From: Monocercomonoides exilis PA203
Lineage: Eukaryota; Protista; Preaxostyla
NCBI GenBank assembly: GCA_001643675.2
Contig: LSRY02000001.1
Coordinates: 2,649,097 to 2,713,096, forward strand
Reading direction: 5' to 3'
Length of the DNA: 64,000 nucleotides
How positions within the stretch are numbered: the stretch's first letter is position 1; every line of letters begins with the position of its first letter. Positions 25,557-39,790 of the stretch are shown here, one piece after another. The notes under the pieces are model-generated. The model saw nothing but the letters and a program-made list of their open reading frames with translations. It was not told where the DNA came from and did not search any database. The position numbers and the translations under genes were made by a program.

Positions 25557-27839
25557 TCTTCTTTCTCTTCTTCTTTATCCTCTTCATTTGTTTTTTCTTC
25601 TTCAGCCAAACAAAAAAAAAAGATGAAACAAAAGAAACAGTCAAAAAAAGTGAATTCAAAAAAGAAGGCAAAGCAAACACAGCTTGTAATTGATGAATAC
25701 AAAGAAGAAAGATCATTCTCTTCTTTTTTTTCTTCACAATTATTGTATCATTGCCTTCTTTTTCCCATTCAGATATTCAACTCATCATTCTTTCAATCTT
25801 CTCTGGAACTAATTTTCCGAATAGCATAATGATATCTTCTTTTTCAATAATCTTTTAATAAATTTATTGGGAGTTTTATTTCAACTTTCAGAGAAGTTTT
25901 TTTCCAGTGGAAATTCCGAAAGTCAGTCGAAAACAGACTTGTCAAATGGAAGTGAAATGAAGCATGCGAAATCGATTGAAAAAGCACACCCAAAGGGAGC
26001 AAATGTGAAGAAGAAGAGAAAAAAGTTGAAAGAAGTGGATTTTAAATACTTCATTTGGAGTTTGTATAAAAATAAGAGGTTTAAATAAGAATTTAACAAC
26101 AAGTTTTCAATTGTGCAGTATTAAAGCTTCAAAATCTGTTTGATCGCGAACTAAATCATCAGATGCTTTATAATCTTAAAAAGTTCAATCGCATCTTCTG
26201 AAATCATACAGCACGTCATTCTTCGATCAGCTTTACCACTGGATTCCCACATACAAACCCATAAGAACAAGCATGTTTTCTGAAGATGATGTGATGAACG
26301 AACTTTCGCAATCTTCATCCACGGCATTAGGTGATTTAAGTTTCATGATGGGTGGAGGGACAGCCAGAGATCTGGGGAGGAGAGGGATATTTTGATTAGC
26401 AGAACTGAAGTTGTGAATTGAATGGAACAGCAGCACGTTTCACATTCAGTCCAATTGCAAATGAATACAAATCAGTATTCTCATGGAGCTAGAATGAAAA
26501 TAAAAAGAAAGTGGAAAAAAAGAAAAAGAAAATTAGAATAAAGTTATCAGTTTTCAATTTTCTTTCTTTCTTTTCTTTTGTTTTGTTTTCTTTTGTTTTT
26601 GAATTCAAAAATGAAGCATTCTCAAAATATTTCTTTATCAAAAATCCAGAAGATTATCGATTGTTTATTATATTGTGAATGGAGAAAATATAAAAATTAC
26701 AATTTTCATCAGCAAATTTCAATGCATTTCCTCAGGCGATCATGGAATAATTAGACTGATTTTTGTGTGTGAGAAAATATAAGTTCTTAACAACTTGAAA
26801 TGATTATGATTCATTGAAACTTGCTATTAATTCTTTATTTCCTTCTTTTTCCATTTGAAAAAAAAAATCCATTTTTGAAGGATTATTAAACGCTTTTCCA
26901 ATTTGATCAACTTGGATTCCTTTCTATCTCCAATTAACGTTCATAAAAAATTCCAGATATTCATATGCCACATTGAAATGCAATACTGTTTGTTGTTACT
27001 AATCCAAAACAACAAAATAAGTTCGGTTTATCAGCAAGGCATCAACTAATTTGTGTTCGGGAAAGCGGACTCTTCTCATCTGTTAAATGTTGTAATAACA
27101 GATTTCTGTGAAATGATTAATATCCTTATTAAATAATATTATCATGCTGTGAGTGAATCCAGAATATTCTAAATTCCACAAACGAAGAATAAGAAATATA
27201 ATACAAAAACGCTCAAAACCTTTGTTTTCTTGTTATCTCTTCATTCGCTTCATTTTCTTATTCAAATGATAGATTCATCACCTTTTTCACTTTTATCAAC
27301 AACTCAAACATTCTTTTTCTGCCATTCTTTCAAATTTCGAAATTTTCTCTTTCATATTCGATATTTCACCTAAGAGATCAATTCATTGAAAAAATTGAAA
27401 TTATTCTTCTTTCTTTTCAATCGACTCTTCAGTATTCAACCAAAGAAAAGCAAATGATTTGGTCAAACCAATTATTGCATTTTAAACAGGAAATCCTTAC
27501 CGAATCCACATGCTCAATATCATGTTCGCTATTCGCATCCTCAGCAACCACAGAAAGAATAGTTTCTTTTTATCGTTCAAATGAATGACTTGAAGAAAAA
27601 TATTTTCCGAAACACAATATTCATAAAATTTTTGATATACATCATATTTGATCAAAGCAAAAAATAAATGATAAAAAATAAGAATTTAAAACATCAAAAT
27701 GAATAGGTAATGAAAAGAAAATACCAAAAATAACACATTAAATTCGATTATCTTTGAAAAACATTGCTGATTTGTTGCAAAATTCATGGACCGAAAAATT
27801 GTATGATTTCAAAAATAATGACCCATTTAATAATCCAAA

Positions 27840-29576
27840 ACACTGTCAATCGGTTTGTTGAACATTTTACTTTGAATCCTTTTCAATGAAGGACTTACAA
27901 CACACTGAATTGACCACACACAGTATCTGCATTCTTATGCAAGAAATCTGAGAAATCCGCGAATACATTCAATTTCCATTGGAAAAAGCTTAAAATCAAG
28001 GGATTTCACAGAGAAATTATACAATCGCAAAATCCATGTGTGTTTTTTCAATGTTGATGCTGCATAAACTCTTGATTCGTTAATGTAATTGTCCATATTG
28101 GTTTTGTCGTAATTCTGCAATGCAGAACCCAATAGTGTTGGACAATCATTTGTTTTGTCAAGATACAAATTCCACTTTTTTAACATTTCAGACATATCTT
28201 CATATCTCTGAGAACCGTGACATTTTTCTCCCTCATCTTCATCTTTATCTGCAATATCACATTCATCAACATCACACTCATTATCATCTTCCATTTGTTT
28301 TTTATTCTTCTTTTTGATGTTTCTCAATTTCATTCCATCCATTTCCCTTCTTTTTGCATCTTTCATATCTGTTTTCATTGTACCGAAATATTTCTTCCTG
28401 ATTATTTGTTGCCCAAAGTATTCTTCTTTGTTTGAATCGGAAAATGAATCATCTTCATTTTCAGGAACCTCACTTCCAAGCAGCAGATCTTTTTGAAGAC
28501 GCTGTTCTTCTCTCTTTTTCTTTTTTGCAAATTCCGCTTCCAGATTTTTCAAACGAACGAAGTGATCCTCCAACAATTTCCTCTTTCGCTCTTGTTCATC
28601 TGCTTTAATTTGTCTGCAATAAAACACATCTGTTTGCGAAGTCTTCAAAATTTTCGCTCCGTTGTTCGAAACGTCAACATCGCACTCATTTTGTATCACA
28701 TGACAAACATCAAAGCACTCCTCAACATGTTGGACATCTCAAATGTGCTCCTCCTCGTTGTGCCCATTAAGGACAAACTCCTCCTCAACTGGCACATCTG
28801 GGGCACTCTCCTCCAAATGTTGTAATCCATCAAAATGCTCCTCCATATATTTCCTATTTTCACCAAGTGCATCTGCTTCAACATCTTCTTTAGCTGCAGC
28901 AAGGAGAGAAATGTTAATTTTTGTGCTCTTCTCTGACAGGATAGTCTTCGAAGTTTCATAATCGCGTGTTGAAGCATCATGAAGATTACTGATTTCATTT
29001 TTGTTTTGGTGACAAAGTGAAGTATGGACTGAGGTTTATAAAGAATCCAACGCCATGGTATTTTCGTTTTCTATTTCTTCATTTTGAATGAAATCACTTT
29101 CTTCACAATCGGATTTATCTATTTTTCGCTTTTTGCAAGAGTTGATTGCGTCCAGCTTTTGAGAAATCCCAATGTATGGATTTTCAAAGTCGCAATAGTC
29201 ATAGTCTTCATTGCTATCTTCTCCTGACTCTGTGTGTTCTGTTATAAAGCTGCGGGAAATTTTCCACAAGGATTGATGCATTCTTCAGACATGTCATTGA
29301 CACGAACTTTGTCCGTGTTGAAATGATCCACATCTTTGGAAATATTTTCCTTTTCGGCAATGGCAGAGAGCGATCTTGATTTTTCACTTAATTTTCTGGA
29401 TAAACTGCTGCATTTTCTTCTGTTGATAACCAAGCTTTCAATGATTGAGCTTTCTTCTGAGAAATCTTCTTCATCCTTGTTTTCTTCTTCAAGCTTTTCA
29501 CAAAGCCAAGCTTCTCGAACGATTTTCGAACTATTTCTCTTTCTTGCTTTTGGAACAAGTTCATCTTCTTCATCAC
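27840..29576 (-). pseudogene. YR-Myb family copy B: acidic N-terminus and integrase SAM-like domain only
   Basis: YAASTLKKHTWILRLYNFSVKSLDFKLFPMEIECIRGFLRFLA*ECRY...SPSLKRI aligns with copy E WSDATIRKHAWVQRLLQTWSKLVECPIWPLHPLVAKGFILFCGKECFY...TPSIKRI. Catalytic core not found. Confidence 0.7.
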
Positions 29577-30493
29577 TTTGATTAATTATGATTTCATGTG
29601 ACTAGGGTGGGTTAGATACAAAGGCGACGTCTGCGTGTGAACAGGTCGGCAATAGGGCTTATGTGGGCAAAAATGAATATTCTCGAAAGATGCAAAAAAT
29701 TTCAAGAAATTACAAAAAATTCCAAAATTTCAAAAAAATATGTGTTTGTCAAGAAAATCTGTTAAGACGATCAAAAATCGCATTTCTAGGTTGCCCAACA
29801 TCGGATTGCTCCATTTGCTGATATTTGTTCATCAAAAGAGTGTTCAAATGAAAAGTAAATTTTTTTTGATTTTTCATATTTTTTTTGATTTATCACAAAA
29901 AGGTCTTCATTGAGAAATAACAGAAAACTTTTTTGAATTTGGAAATTTTTGATCAATAAAATTAACCGCAATAAAATTTGAAATCAAAACTTTCAAGGGA
30001 AACACACACAGGAACATTTAGCAACTTTTGGTTTTCAATTGAAACATCGTATGCTTTATTAATTAATATGTTATCCGATTTTCATTGTTTTTTATCCAAT
30101 TGTTATTCTGATTCAGCTCCTATAAACTCCTAACTTTGTATGTTTTCTTTTGATTGAATGAACATATTCATAAAACCAATCTTTAATTGGAGTATTTATA
30201 TGCTTTATATTTCATCTGTTATTAATTCATAACAATAGAATTATTCTATTGATTTGCTTTCACGAAATATGATTCGAAATTTCACAAAGAGCCAAGATCG
30301 CCTGTGTGGTCTTTGATTATTTTTATTTGTCTTATATTTATAATAATATTTGATTTTTCTTTAAGTGGAAGAGCTATGAATTACAAAAGTTTGTTTTTTT
30401 TCATTCATTTCATTAATTTCACAAATCTGATATTCATTTATTTAAAAAGATAAATTCAATAAAAGCTTCGAACGGAAAAAGAAAGAAGAATCG

Positions 30494-33400
30494 TTGAAAA
30501 TCAGCAAGCACGCAGTCCTTTCCCCTTCGCAGCCCGGCTTTTTCTCTCCTCCTTCTTCGTATCTCGTCACTCCGCCTTCTTCTCCTGCTCAAATTATGCC
30601 TCCGCTTTCTCCTCTCCGCTTTTCCGAAACTTCCCAATCCAATATTTATGACAATGTGACTTCAACTCCTCGATTATCAACATCAATGTATCCTTCTCGA
30701 TCAAACACTCCTTCCCCTTCACCATCTTCTTCGAAAAATTGAGAAAAAGAGAAAAATGGAGATGATGTTCCATCTTTGACAGAGTGGTTATTTCGTTTAA
30801 CGAAAGAACCAAATTGTCCAAAAATCGACTATTATTCGTCAATCTTCAAATCACTCCCTCCTCAACCTTTGCTCGATTCAATTTGTGAGTTTCATCACGT
30901 TTCCATCTATCCCCGCCCTCTTTATATTTCAAAAAGTGAGGATTTGGATCAACTTTGGAAAATCTCTAAAAGCAGGAAGAATTGGAGGAGCAAAATGTTT
31001 GTTCAAACGTGGAGGAGCATTATGACTTTGACAAATATTTAAAATCAAAAAACGAACATCAAAAATGCACGGGAGGAGCAAATGACGTAAGACATTTTGA
31101 GGAGGAGCACTTTATTCATGATAGTTTAGCAATTCAACTAAAATCTGCAAGTTTAAGTTTAACTGATTTCAACGAAAGAATGAAGGATTTTGGAAAAACA
31201 AAAACAACAGAAACATTTTATGAAATTGAAATGGAGGAGGGATTATCTGGAGGAACTTCTAATGATAGAGTGGTTGGAGCAACTAACAATTCATCAATCA
31301 AAAAGAAAAGAGGAAGGCCAAGAAAAAGAGATGATACAAACAAAAAATGCAACACAACATCAGCTAACAAATAAATGAATCATGCATTTACTAATTTGAA
31401 TGATGAACATGAAAAGGAGAGGCAGATTGAAGGTGTTGATTTTATTACAAACGAAGCAGAATGCATGTCCCATCAAGAAGAAACCTTGTTCAGTTCATTT
31501 TTTTATCATAAAAACCTGACCCACGAAAAGCGCACAAAAAGAAAGAAAAGAAAAGCCAGAACAGGCTCAAAAAGCTCGACAGAAAATGAGGAGGAGAATA
31601 TGTTTGAAAGTTCAAATGAATTTTCTTCCACTGGATCTCTTCGGATTCTCCCGAAAAGGGTTAGCAAAAAAGCTTGCTTGGAAAAAATTGTAAGCATTTC
31701 GTTGGAAGAAAGAAGAAAGATTGTGAAGATGAATGATGGTGAGAGAAATGATGATAATTTTTCTTTTCAACATTCCTGTAATGAAAATGTTCATTGTGCT
31801 TGTTTGCCGAATTCGCTCGAATTAAATGATGGATCTACATCAAGAGCATTTTAAATAATATCAAGAAGGAGTAATGAAAAGAAAGAGAAAAAGAAATTGA
31901 GTGATCGGAATGATTTTGTTCAGCATTCAAAAGTTGGTCGTCCGAAAATGAAGAGGAAGTCAGTGTTAATGACAGAGGAAAATAAGCAACTCATTCATCA
32001 GAATTTTGAAGCTATAAAAGCCGAGAACAGAACATTTAAAGAATCAATATTATTCGATGATAAACCAAAGGAACCATTAACGAATATGGATATTTATGGA
32101 GTTTCAGGAGATGTGCTGAGGCCTTTGAATTTGCACACGCCAGCTTGTGAAAATCCTGTGGACAATTCCTCAAGAAGTGGATACCAAACTCCTTCAAAAT
32201 TTTCTATTGCACTACGTTCATTTAACAGAGAGACGTTTGAGCCTTATCTGCAAAAAGGCCTGCCAATTAGTAAGGACAAGAAAAAAACACATGCTTGGGT
32301 CTATGCAATGTTTGTTTCATTCTGCAGAAAATTAAATCATGAGCCTTGGCCGCTCAACATGGATGCTGTATACGGATTTTAAAAACTGTTAGGAGCTGCC
32401 GTTGGATATTCAATTAAAAGTTTGAGAGATTCGATTCTTCCCTCATTGTATTTTATTTCATGGTATAGAACCGAAGAAATTGTCACACAAGAAGAAAGAA
32501 AGATGGCACTATTGGCAATTGCAGAAATTCGATTTCAAAGAGATCAAATGTTTGATAATGACGAATTGGAGGAGTTTCAATGTGTCACAAAACATGAAGA
32601 ACCGCTTATTGTTCGGGACTTGGATAGAATCCTTTCTTGCATTCCAGATTGGAATGTGGAAAAGCCGAGAGAGGCTTCTCTGTTTTTTTTTTTTTTTTAC
32701 TTTCGCAACGGGAGCAAGGAGTCTGACGTGCTCCAGAATTCGTCTGTGAGATATCGTGAGAGTGTTTTCCAAAGATGGTTCATCATTTGTCAAGGTCACT
32801 ATCAAATTGGCATGCGGAAAGGGCATTAGAAATGATGATCACTGTGTCACGGTTGAAGGTGACATCAAAGAAAAGAACAATCTGAACGTGATATGGTTGT
32901 TGAAGGAGTATTTGGTAATCCAATATGGATTATCTTTAACAATATTTGACACTTGGGATTAAGGTGAACTAGGATCTCATTTCCTTTGGGGAATGAGGAA
33001 AGGTGCAATGAGGGCTCGTTCACAAAAGCGAGCGAAACAAGCGGGCTACCCTGAGCAGATGTTTGGATTTCATTCTTTTCGTTCCGGGTTCATCTGTTCA
33101 GCACTATTGAAAATCGAAAACAACCCAGAGTTGAAAGAAAATATTCTGGAGACTACAGCGTGCATTGCTAACTGGAAACTTGGCTCGCCTGTGGAAATGC
33201 AATACGTTGACAGAACGACTCGAGGAACTATCGTGGCAAACAGATTGAACTTCCCAAGAGAAGTTCTTGAGGAGGATGTTGTGTTCAGCGCTGATCTGTC
33301 AGACCCTTCAGTGTTTCATGATATTGTCATTAGTGAAAGAGAGTGGAAAAGGGACTCAATAATAGATGCATTCAACTTTTTTGTTCGGAAGGTTGTCAAA

Positions 33401-34000
33401 TGTGCATGCAGAAAGTTTCACTATCCATACGTTCACTGCATCAAATTGTGTCGAATGACTGCTGTGAGGTATCTGAAACTGTTCAACAAAGAAGCAAGGA
33501 TGTCAGAAAAGTGGGTGCAGAAATCGAAGGAGTTGGTGTTGGTACAACTGAAGCGGAAAGGAAGTGATATCGTTTCAATCGGTACTGAATGTTTGTCAAC
33601 GATAAAGGAATATCTCGATGGTACTGTCAAGTTGGAAGTGACTGGCAAAGAAATCAGAAAAAAGATCAGAGAAAGAAGAGAATGGAATTGCATCACAAAT
33701 AATCCATCTCGAATGAGATGGTCTGCGAAAGAAACAGAGACTCTGGAATCAATGGTGCTGAATGATTGCGATTTTGAAAAGATCAGCAAAGTTCTTCCAC
33801 ACAGATCTGCAAATGCATGTAGCGACAGAATTAGAAACATAATAAAGAAGCAGAAAAGGCTCAATTTGTTACGAGAAAGTGGAGCGAATCAAATTCAAAG
33901 TGCCGAGGATGATGCTGAAGAAGAAGGAGATTATTTTTTTGAAGCATTTTCAGATGAAAGTGATGGAGATCACGTTAAACAAAACGGTGATGAATACTAA
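30494..34000 (+). pseudogene. Tyrosine recombinase-Myb element gene, copy C
   Basis: SP-rich N-terminus, AT-hook-like KKRGRPRK, SAM-like THAWVY..F..FC...PWP, TGARS, FHSFRSG, ANW, QYV, and Myb RWSAKETETL...RSANACSDRIRNIIKK. Stops at 32380 and 32960; frameshift at poly-T ~32690. Confidence 0.88.
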
Positions 34001-35287
34001 ATGTTTCAGTTATTTTCGTTAGAATTCAATATGTCTGATACATTGAACATTCCTGTTGAAGGTTATCAAATGTTATTTTTTCAAGAATAACATCTGTCAT
34101 TTACGAAAGAGTCGAAAAAGTCTGTCAAGTATTTTTGCTTTTGCATTCGACTATTAACAACTGTCATATAATCTCTCATGTTTTCATATTTTCATTGAAT
34201 TATTGGGTTTGATATATTCATTATCTTTTAATTTAATAGTTTATTGAAGTTCCATTCAGGTTTTTTGTTATGTTCATTTGAAACAGGTTGAATTTGTTTT
34301 CAATTCAAACATTTAAAATTTTCATATATATTTCTCACTTTTTCACATTCCAAAAGTGAACTGAAACGAAATGGAGTGTTTAATATCCATAAAATGGAAA
34401 ATCTCTAACGAAAATGAAACTTTAGGTTTGTGTTATGGAGTGTGGTGGAATTAGCGTTTGTCATAACCCTGACATTTTAATTTTTTGATCATTTTACGAA
34501 TTTACACATTTTTGCCCTTTGCTGCTTTTTTTGATCATTGTTTTTCCTTTTTTTATGTGGGAAACATCATATCGAATACTTTCAAAAAAACAATTTTTTT
34601 GATCACAAACATAATACGTTTTGATTTTTAAAGAAAAAATGTTGTTCTGATATCAAAAGAACGGAAAAATTTCAGGTTTGAAAAGTTTCATAAATATTTT
34701 TGACAAATAACGACAATATAAGAACTTATATATTTTTTTCGAATAAAACAATCATATATCAGTTATTTCTCATTACATTATTTTTTGATTTTTTCACCTT
34801 AAATGCAATCGTTGGACAACATCAACTTCATTTCTTTAAATAACTTTAATTATTTTAACTTTGTTTTTGCAAGTTATTTTTATTTTTCTATTTTCATTTC
34901 ATAATCGAAACTTCGTTTTTTCTCCTTATTTTTGCGCGAAACAAGCAATATTAGCTTGCAAATTTTTTATTCTTCAAAAACAAAAACAGTCAAAAACAAA
35001 TAAAAATCTTCATGATGATCTTTTTTATAAATAAAAAAACATTCTTTCAATTAATAGTTCGGACTGGTTTAAAATCTTGTTCTTATTTGAAAACGAGTTT
35101 TTAAATCTGATATTCGATAGCCATCTTCAAATTGTTATTTGCAATAAAAAGTTTTGTTGAAAAAAAGAACAAATAGTTTGAGTTATATTTTTATTTCATT
35201 CCATTTTTATATCAATTCTATTTTTTTCTTTATTCGTTTTCTTTTGCGTTTTTGGAATGAATCATCATAGTTTTAATATTATTCTTA

Positions 35288-38200
35288 ATGAATCACTTCT
35301 TATATAAATTTGTATTTTCAGGAAATAATCAAAGAATGCATCAAAGGACCAAAGAAAATGAAGTATCTGAACATGCAGATATTTCTCCGATTCTATCTCC
35401 CTCACAACCTGGCTTTTTTTCTCCTCCTCCTTCCACTCCTCCGATTTCTCCAACAATCTCTGTCTTATCTCCATCAACTTCAAAGTCAATTCCACTTCCT
35501 TCTTCTCCTATAAGAATTGGTTCAATTCAACAATTCTGCAAAAATATCGTTTCTGCACCAATGCTCAGAATTGAAAAAAACATCAACGAAAAAGAATTAC
35601 AAGAATTGGAAAATGATTCTTCACAGTTGGATGATGATTCAAACAAAACAGATTCTATTACAACTTGGCTATCGAATTTTTTTGATAATGAAGAAGTCCC
35701 AGTTGTTGATTTCTATACAACAAAGTTAATGACCTCACCTCCTCAGCCAACGTTGAGTCATTTGAGACCGTTCAAACATCAATCTCCCTCCCCTCGACCA
35801 CTTTTCGATTCAAAAAAGGAGAATCTGAACGAAAAGTGTATTCAATTCATGGTATCGACAAATTTTGTATCCACAAAAGCGAAAAAAGCAAGTGGAAAGC
35901 GAAAGTCAAAGTTAAACAACAAACAGTACAGCTCTCAACAGAATTGTTCTTGTTTGGAAAATGAGCGAAAAAACATTACAAGTGCAAAAGAGGAAGAAGA
36001 GGAAACAAGTTTGAGCAAAAGAACAAAGAAATACACGATTCACTCACAGAAATTGCATCAGCTAATTATTCTTCAACTCTTCACTACACATCCGCATCAG
36101 TGTCATCTTCAGAAGCAAAATTAATTGAACAGTCAAAATCAACTGAATCTGCTTCTTTCATCACAGAATTCAATAGAGGATCCATTCGACTTGGAAGCAA
36201 TTCCGATTGATGAAATACTCGCTGAAGTGTTAAATGAATCATCATCCGATGATTGCAAAAAAATGGAAAATGAGAAAAAAGAAGAGAAAGATGAAAATGA
36301 GAAAACAGAAAATGAATCTGTGAAATTCAAAAGTGTGAAATCAAAAAAATTGAGGAGAAGAAAAAGAGTGACAAAAAAATCAACTAAAAAAATAAACGCT
36401 GAAATTGAAAGTGCTTTAACTTCAACCAGGCCGCAAAGAAAAGCAAAAGAAGAGTGTATAAACAAGATGTCAATCATTACAAAGTCGTTCACAATTCAAA
36501 AAGAAAATGAGAAAAACGATGAAGATTATGTTCCACAGTCCGAGAGTGATATAAGTGATTTATCTGTAAAAATAACTGATTCAAATTCAACATCATCTTC
36601 TTCTATTCTTTGATCTATCATCGATTCATCATTAGAAGATTTTGATGAGACAATCACTGACTGCAATTTCATCTCATCATCATCAGATGTCGTGAAAAGA
36701 AAAAAGAAAATCACTCCTCATTATTCATCATCAATGAAATCAAAACCTATACTTCGCAAAAAATCAGTGCTGTGTTCAGAAGACAATATTTCTTTATTGA
36801 AAGAAAAATGAATGAAATTGAAAGCAAATCAAAAAGTCTTAATGACACTGCAACTGATATTATTGAAATAGCAGCAGCCTTGGAGCTGCAAGATATGGAT
36901 GTACCATTTAATCAAACTGAGCTGAAAAAACTTTCTTTGCAACCATCTTTAACCTCCACTCCTGCTTTGTCAACCACACGATTTGAATTGGATTCTCCAA
37001 CAAAATTCTCAGAAATTCTTCGAAATTATTCCATAGATGAATTAAATCCATTTTTCGATGATGGGTTACCGTTCAGCAAGGACACTGTCAAAAATCACTG
37101 TTGGGCTTTCAAAATGAACATGGATTACTGCCAAACTCGAAAAATTGAACCTTGGCCCGTTCAACCAAAACCAATCTTCGGTTTCATTAAACTTTTGGGG
37201 ATTGGGGCTGGATACAACTATAAATCTGTTCAATGCAGTATTATCAATAGTATATTTCAAATATCGGAATTACGAACAGGTGTTCCAATAGATGAAAAAG
37301 TTCGAAAGAGCATGAATCGCGCAATGTGTGAAGTACAGAAATTTGTGGAGTTGAAAAAAGAAAGAAAAAGAAGATCTAAACAATATGAAAAAGACGAAGA
37401 AATGAAGTGGCAAAAGCAGCCACTGATTGTGACAGATTTGGAGTGGATTTAGAATTGCTATCCTGATTTGGTTGTAGAAAAACCGTTGGAGGTGTCTTTG
37501 TTTTTATTTGCGCTTTCTGCAGGAGCTAGAGCGCACACATGTTCTCACATAAGACTCCAGGACATTGTTAGAGTTTTCTCCAAAGAAAATTCCACATTCG
37601 TTAAAGTAACAATAAATTTGGAGTGTGGAAAGGGGGTGAGAGGTGACGATCATTGTGTAACTGTTGAAGGAGATATTGCAAATAAATCTACATTAAATGT
37701 GGTTTGGTGGTTGGAGCAATCTTTAGTTGAAGAATATGGATTATCTCTCACAGAATTCAATGAATGGGATCTTGATCAATTGGGACGACAATATTTGTGG
37801 GGAATTCGCAAGGGCGTGATGAGAGTTAGATTGCAGAAAAGAGCAAAGCAAGCTGGATATCCAGACAACATTTTTGGATACCATTCGTTCAGATCTGGTT
37901 TTATTTGCTCTGCACTAATCAAAGGAAGAAGTGACCCATCAAAAAGAGATTCAATTATTGAGGCAACTGCCCTTGTTGGAAATTGGCAAGCTGGGTCAGC
38001 TGCACAATGGAATTATGTTAAAGAAACAGAGAAGTCAATTGTTATTGCAAATCGTTTGCTTATGTCTGAAGGAATTGTGAATCAGACGAATTTTTCGACA
38101 AATCTTTAACTGGACCGAGTGTTTATCACAACATCACACTTAATGAACCATCTTGGAAAATTGATTCAATCATTTTAACATTTGATTTTCATGTTCTCGA

Positions 38201-38741
38201 AATTATTAAAGCCACTTGCAGTGTTCTTCACTATCCATATTCATGTGTGATCCGTTTGAACAAAATGGCAGCTGCAAATTATTTGAGCAACAAAAAAATT
38301 CATAACACATCGAATGTTTCAATATTGAAATTGTCAAGAGATGAAGTGCTTAAACAATTTTCAATAACCAAAAATGTCACTGATGCTGTTTTATCTTACG
38401 TTTCGAGCATTGAACAATATTTAACTGGACAAAAAATGTTAAATTTCACAAAGCCAAAAGTCAAAAATTTTCTTCGAGAAAATCGTCCAATAAACAATGC
38501 AGTCGGAACAAAATCAAGGAAAAAGTGGACTCCGGAGGAGGATAAAATACTGTTGCAACTAATCACAAATGGATCTTCTTTCAAGGAAGCTAGTCAAGCT
38601 CTTGAAGGGAGATCAGACAACTGCTGCAGAGATAGAATCAGAAACATTCTTAAAAAACAGAAAAATCCCAAGAAGAAAAGGGCTCTCACAAAATATGAAA
38701 AATTCAAAGCTTCTCATCGTGATCAAAAAGAAACAAATTAA
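35288..38741 (+). pseudogene. Tyrosine recombinase-Myb element gene, copy D (tandem paralog of C)
   Basis: Shares LSPSQPGFFSPP with copy C. AGARA, YHSFRSG, GNW, NYV, and Myb KWTPEEDKILL...RSDNCCRDRIRNILKK. Stops at 37450 and 38107. Confidence 0.88.
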
Positions 38742-39103
38742 TATGGGAGAAAATTTTTGAAAAATCACCACAGATCAAAAAAAGATACCATTATAATATT
38801 ATTTTTCAATTTTTCTCTTTTATAAAAATGCTTTCAGTTCGTTTTTTCTATGAGTTAAGTCTTATTCGAACATATCATGATAATGTTTGAAGACATAAAT
38901 AAAAATTGAATTTTTATTGTATATTTTGATCAAAATAAATTATGATTTTATTGAAAAGAACGAATTCAAGAAGATATGAATTTCGAAAGAAAGCTGATTC
39001 ACAGAATTTTCAAAAAACAGAGTGCCTTTCCAAAAACTGCAATTCAAGTGTGTTTCAGTTGATAACAATTTCTTTATTTTTGTATTTTGTATGTTTCAGA
39101 TGA

Positions 39104-39121
39104 TTAGGTTAGGGTTAGGGT
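39104..39121 (+). repeat. Interstitial telomeric tract between copies D and E
   Basis: TTAGGTTAGGGTTAGGGT. Confidence 0.75.
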
Positions 39122-39790
39122 GTTCGGTGGTGTTACAAACGTAATTAATGAATAAAACACATTTCTGGATAATCTACGATAATTATAAATAATCAATAAT
39201 TTCATTCAACTTATTTTCTATTCTATTTTTTTCAAAAATTTCGTTATTTTTTAATATTCATTGTTAAAATTTGATCCAACCCATGACAAAATTTTTGAAT
39301 TTTGAAATAGAAAACAAGTCGATTTTGTTGTTATGGAGCAAATACAAATGAACAATCAAGTGATGGATCTGGAGCATGAGTTTGAAATGCTCACTGGAAT
39401 AACCAGTGAACATTCAACAGAATTTTTCAAGTCAAATTCAGAAAAAGAGTTAAAGTTAACTGTTTGTGAATTAATTTGTTATTTATTCGCATCGATTCAA
39501 ACATGCATTCAATATTATTTATTTATTGAACAAAATTATAGAGAGACGAAACAACAACTGTGCAGACAGAAACAAAAAATTCACTTGAAAATTCAATTGA
39601 TGAAGAAGATTATGAGTTGGAAAAAAGAAAAGAAATATGCTCCAAAGTTGTTGAGTTGATGAATGAATTAATGACACCAAATAAAAAATCTTCATGTCAA
39701 ATGTGAAAAATCATTTTTGCAGGTGTTCTTTAAACAATACGGAATCACTGAACAGTTCATTACAAATTCAAACACCAACAAAAAGAACAA

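Noticed and set aside
29664-34520. Inverted GGGCAAAAATG pair as TIRs around copy C
   Set aside because: Only ~11 bp of exact match in AT-rich DNA, with no target duplication.
32380-37452. In-frame TAA/TAG in YR genes as Gln-recoded codons (as in some oxymonads)
   Set aside because: The stops align with Ile/Leu in the paralog (GF*KLLG vs GFIKLLG; WD*GEL vs WDLDQL; WI*NC vs RILSC). They look like TTA/TTG-to-stop point mutations, i.e. real decay rather than an alternative code.
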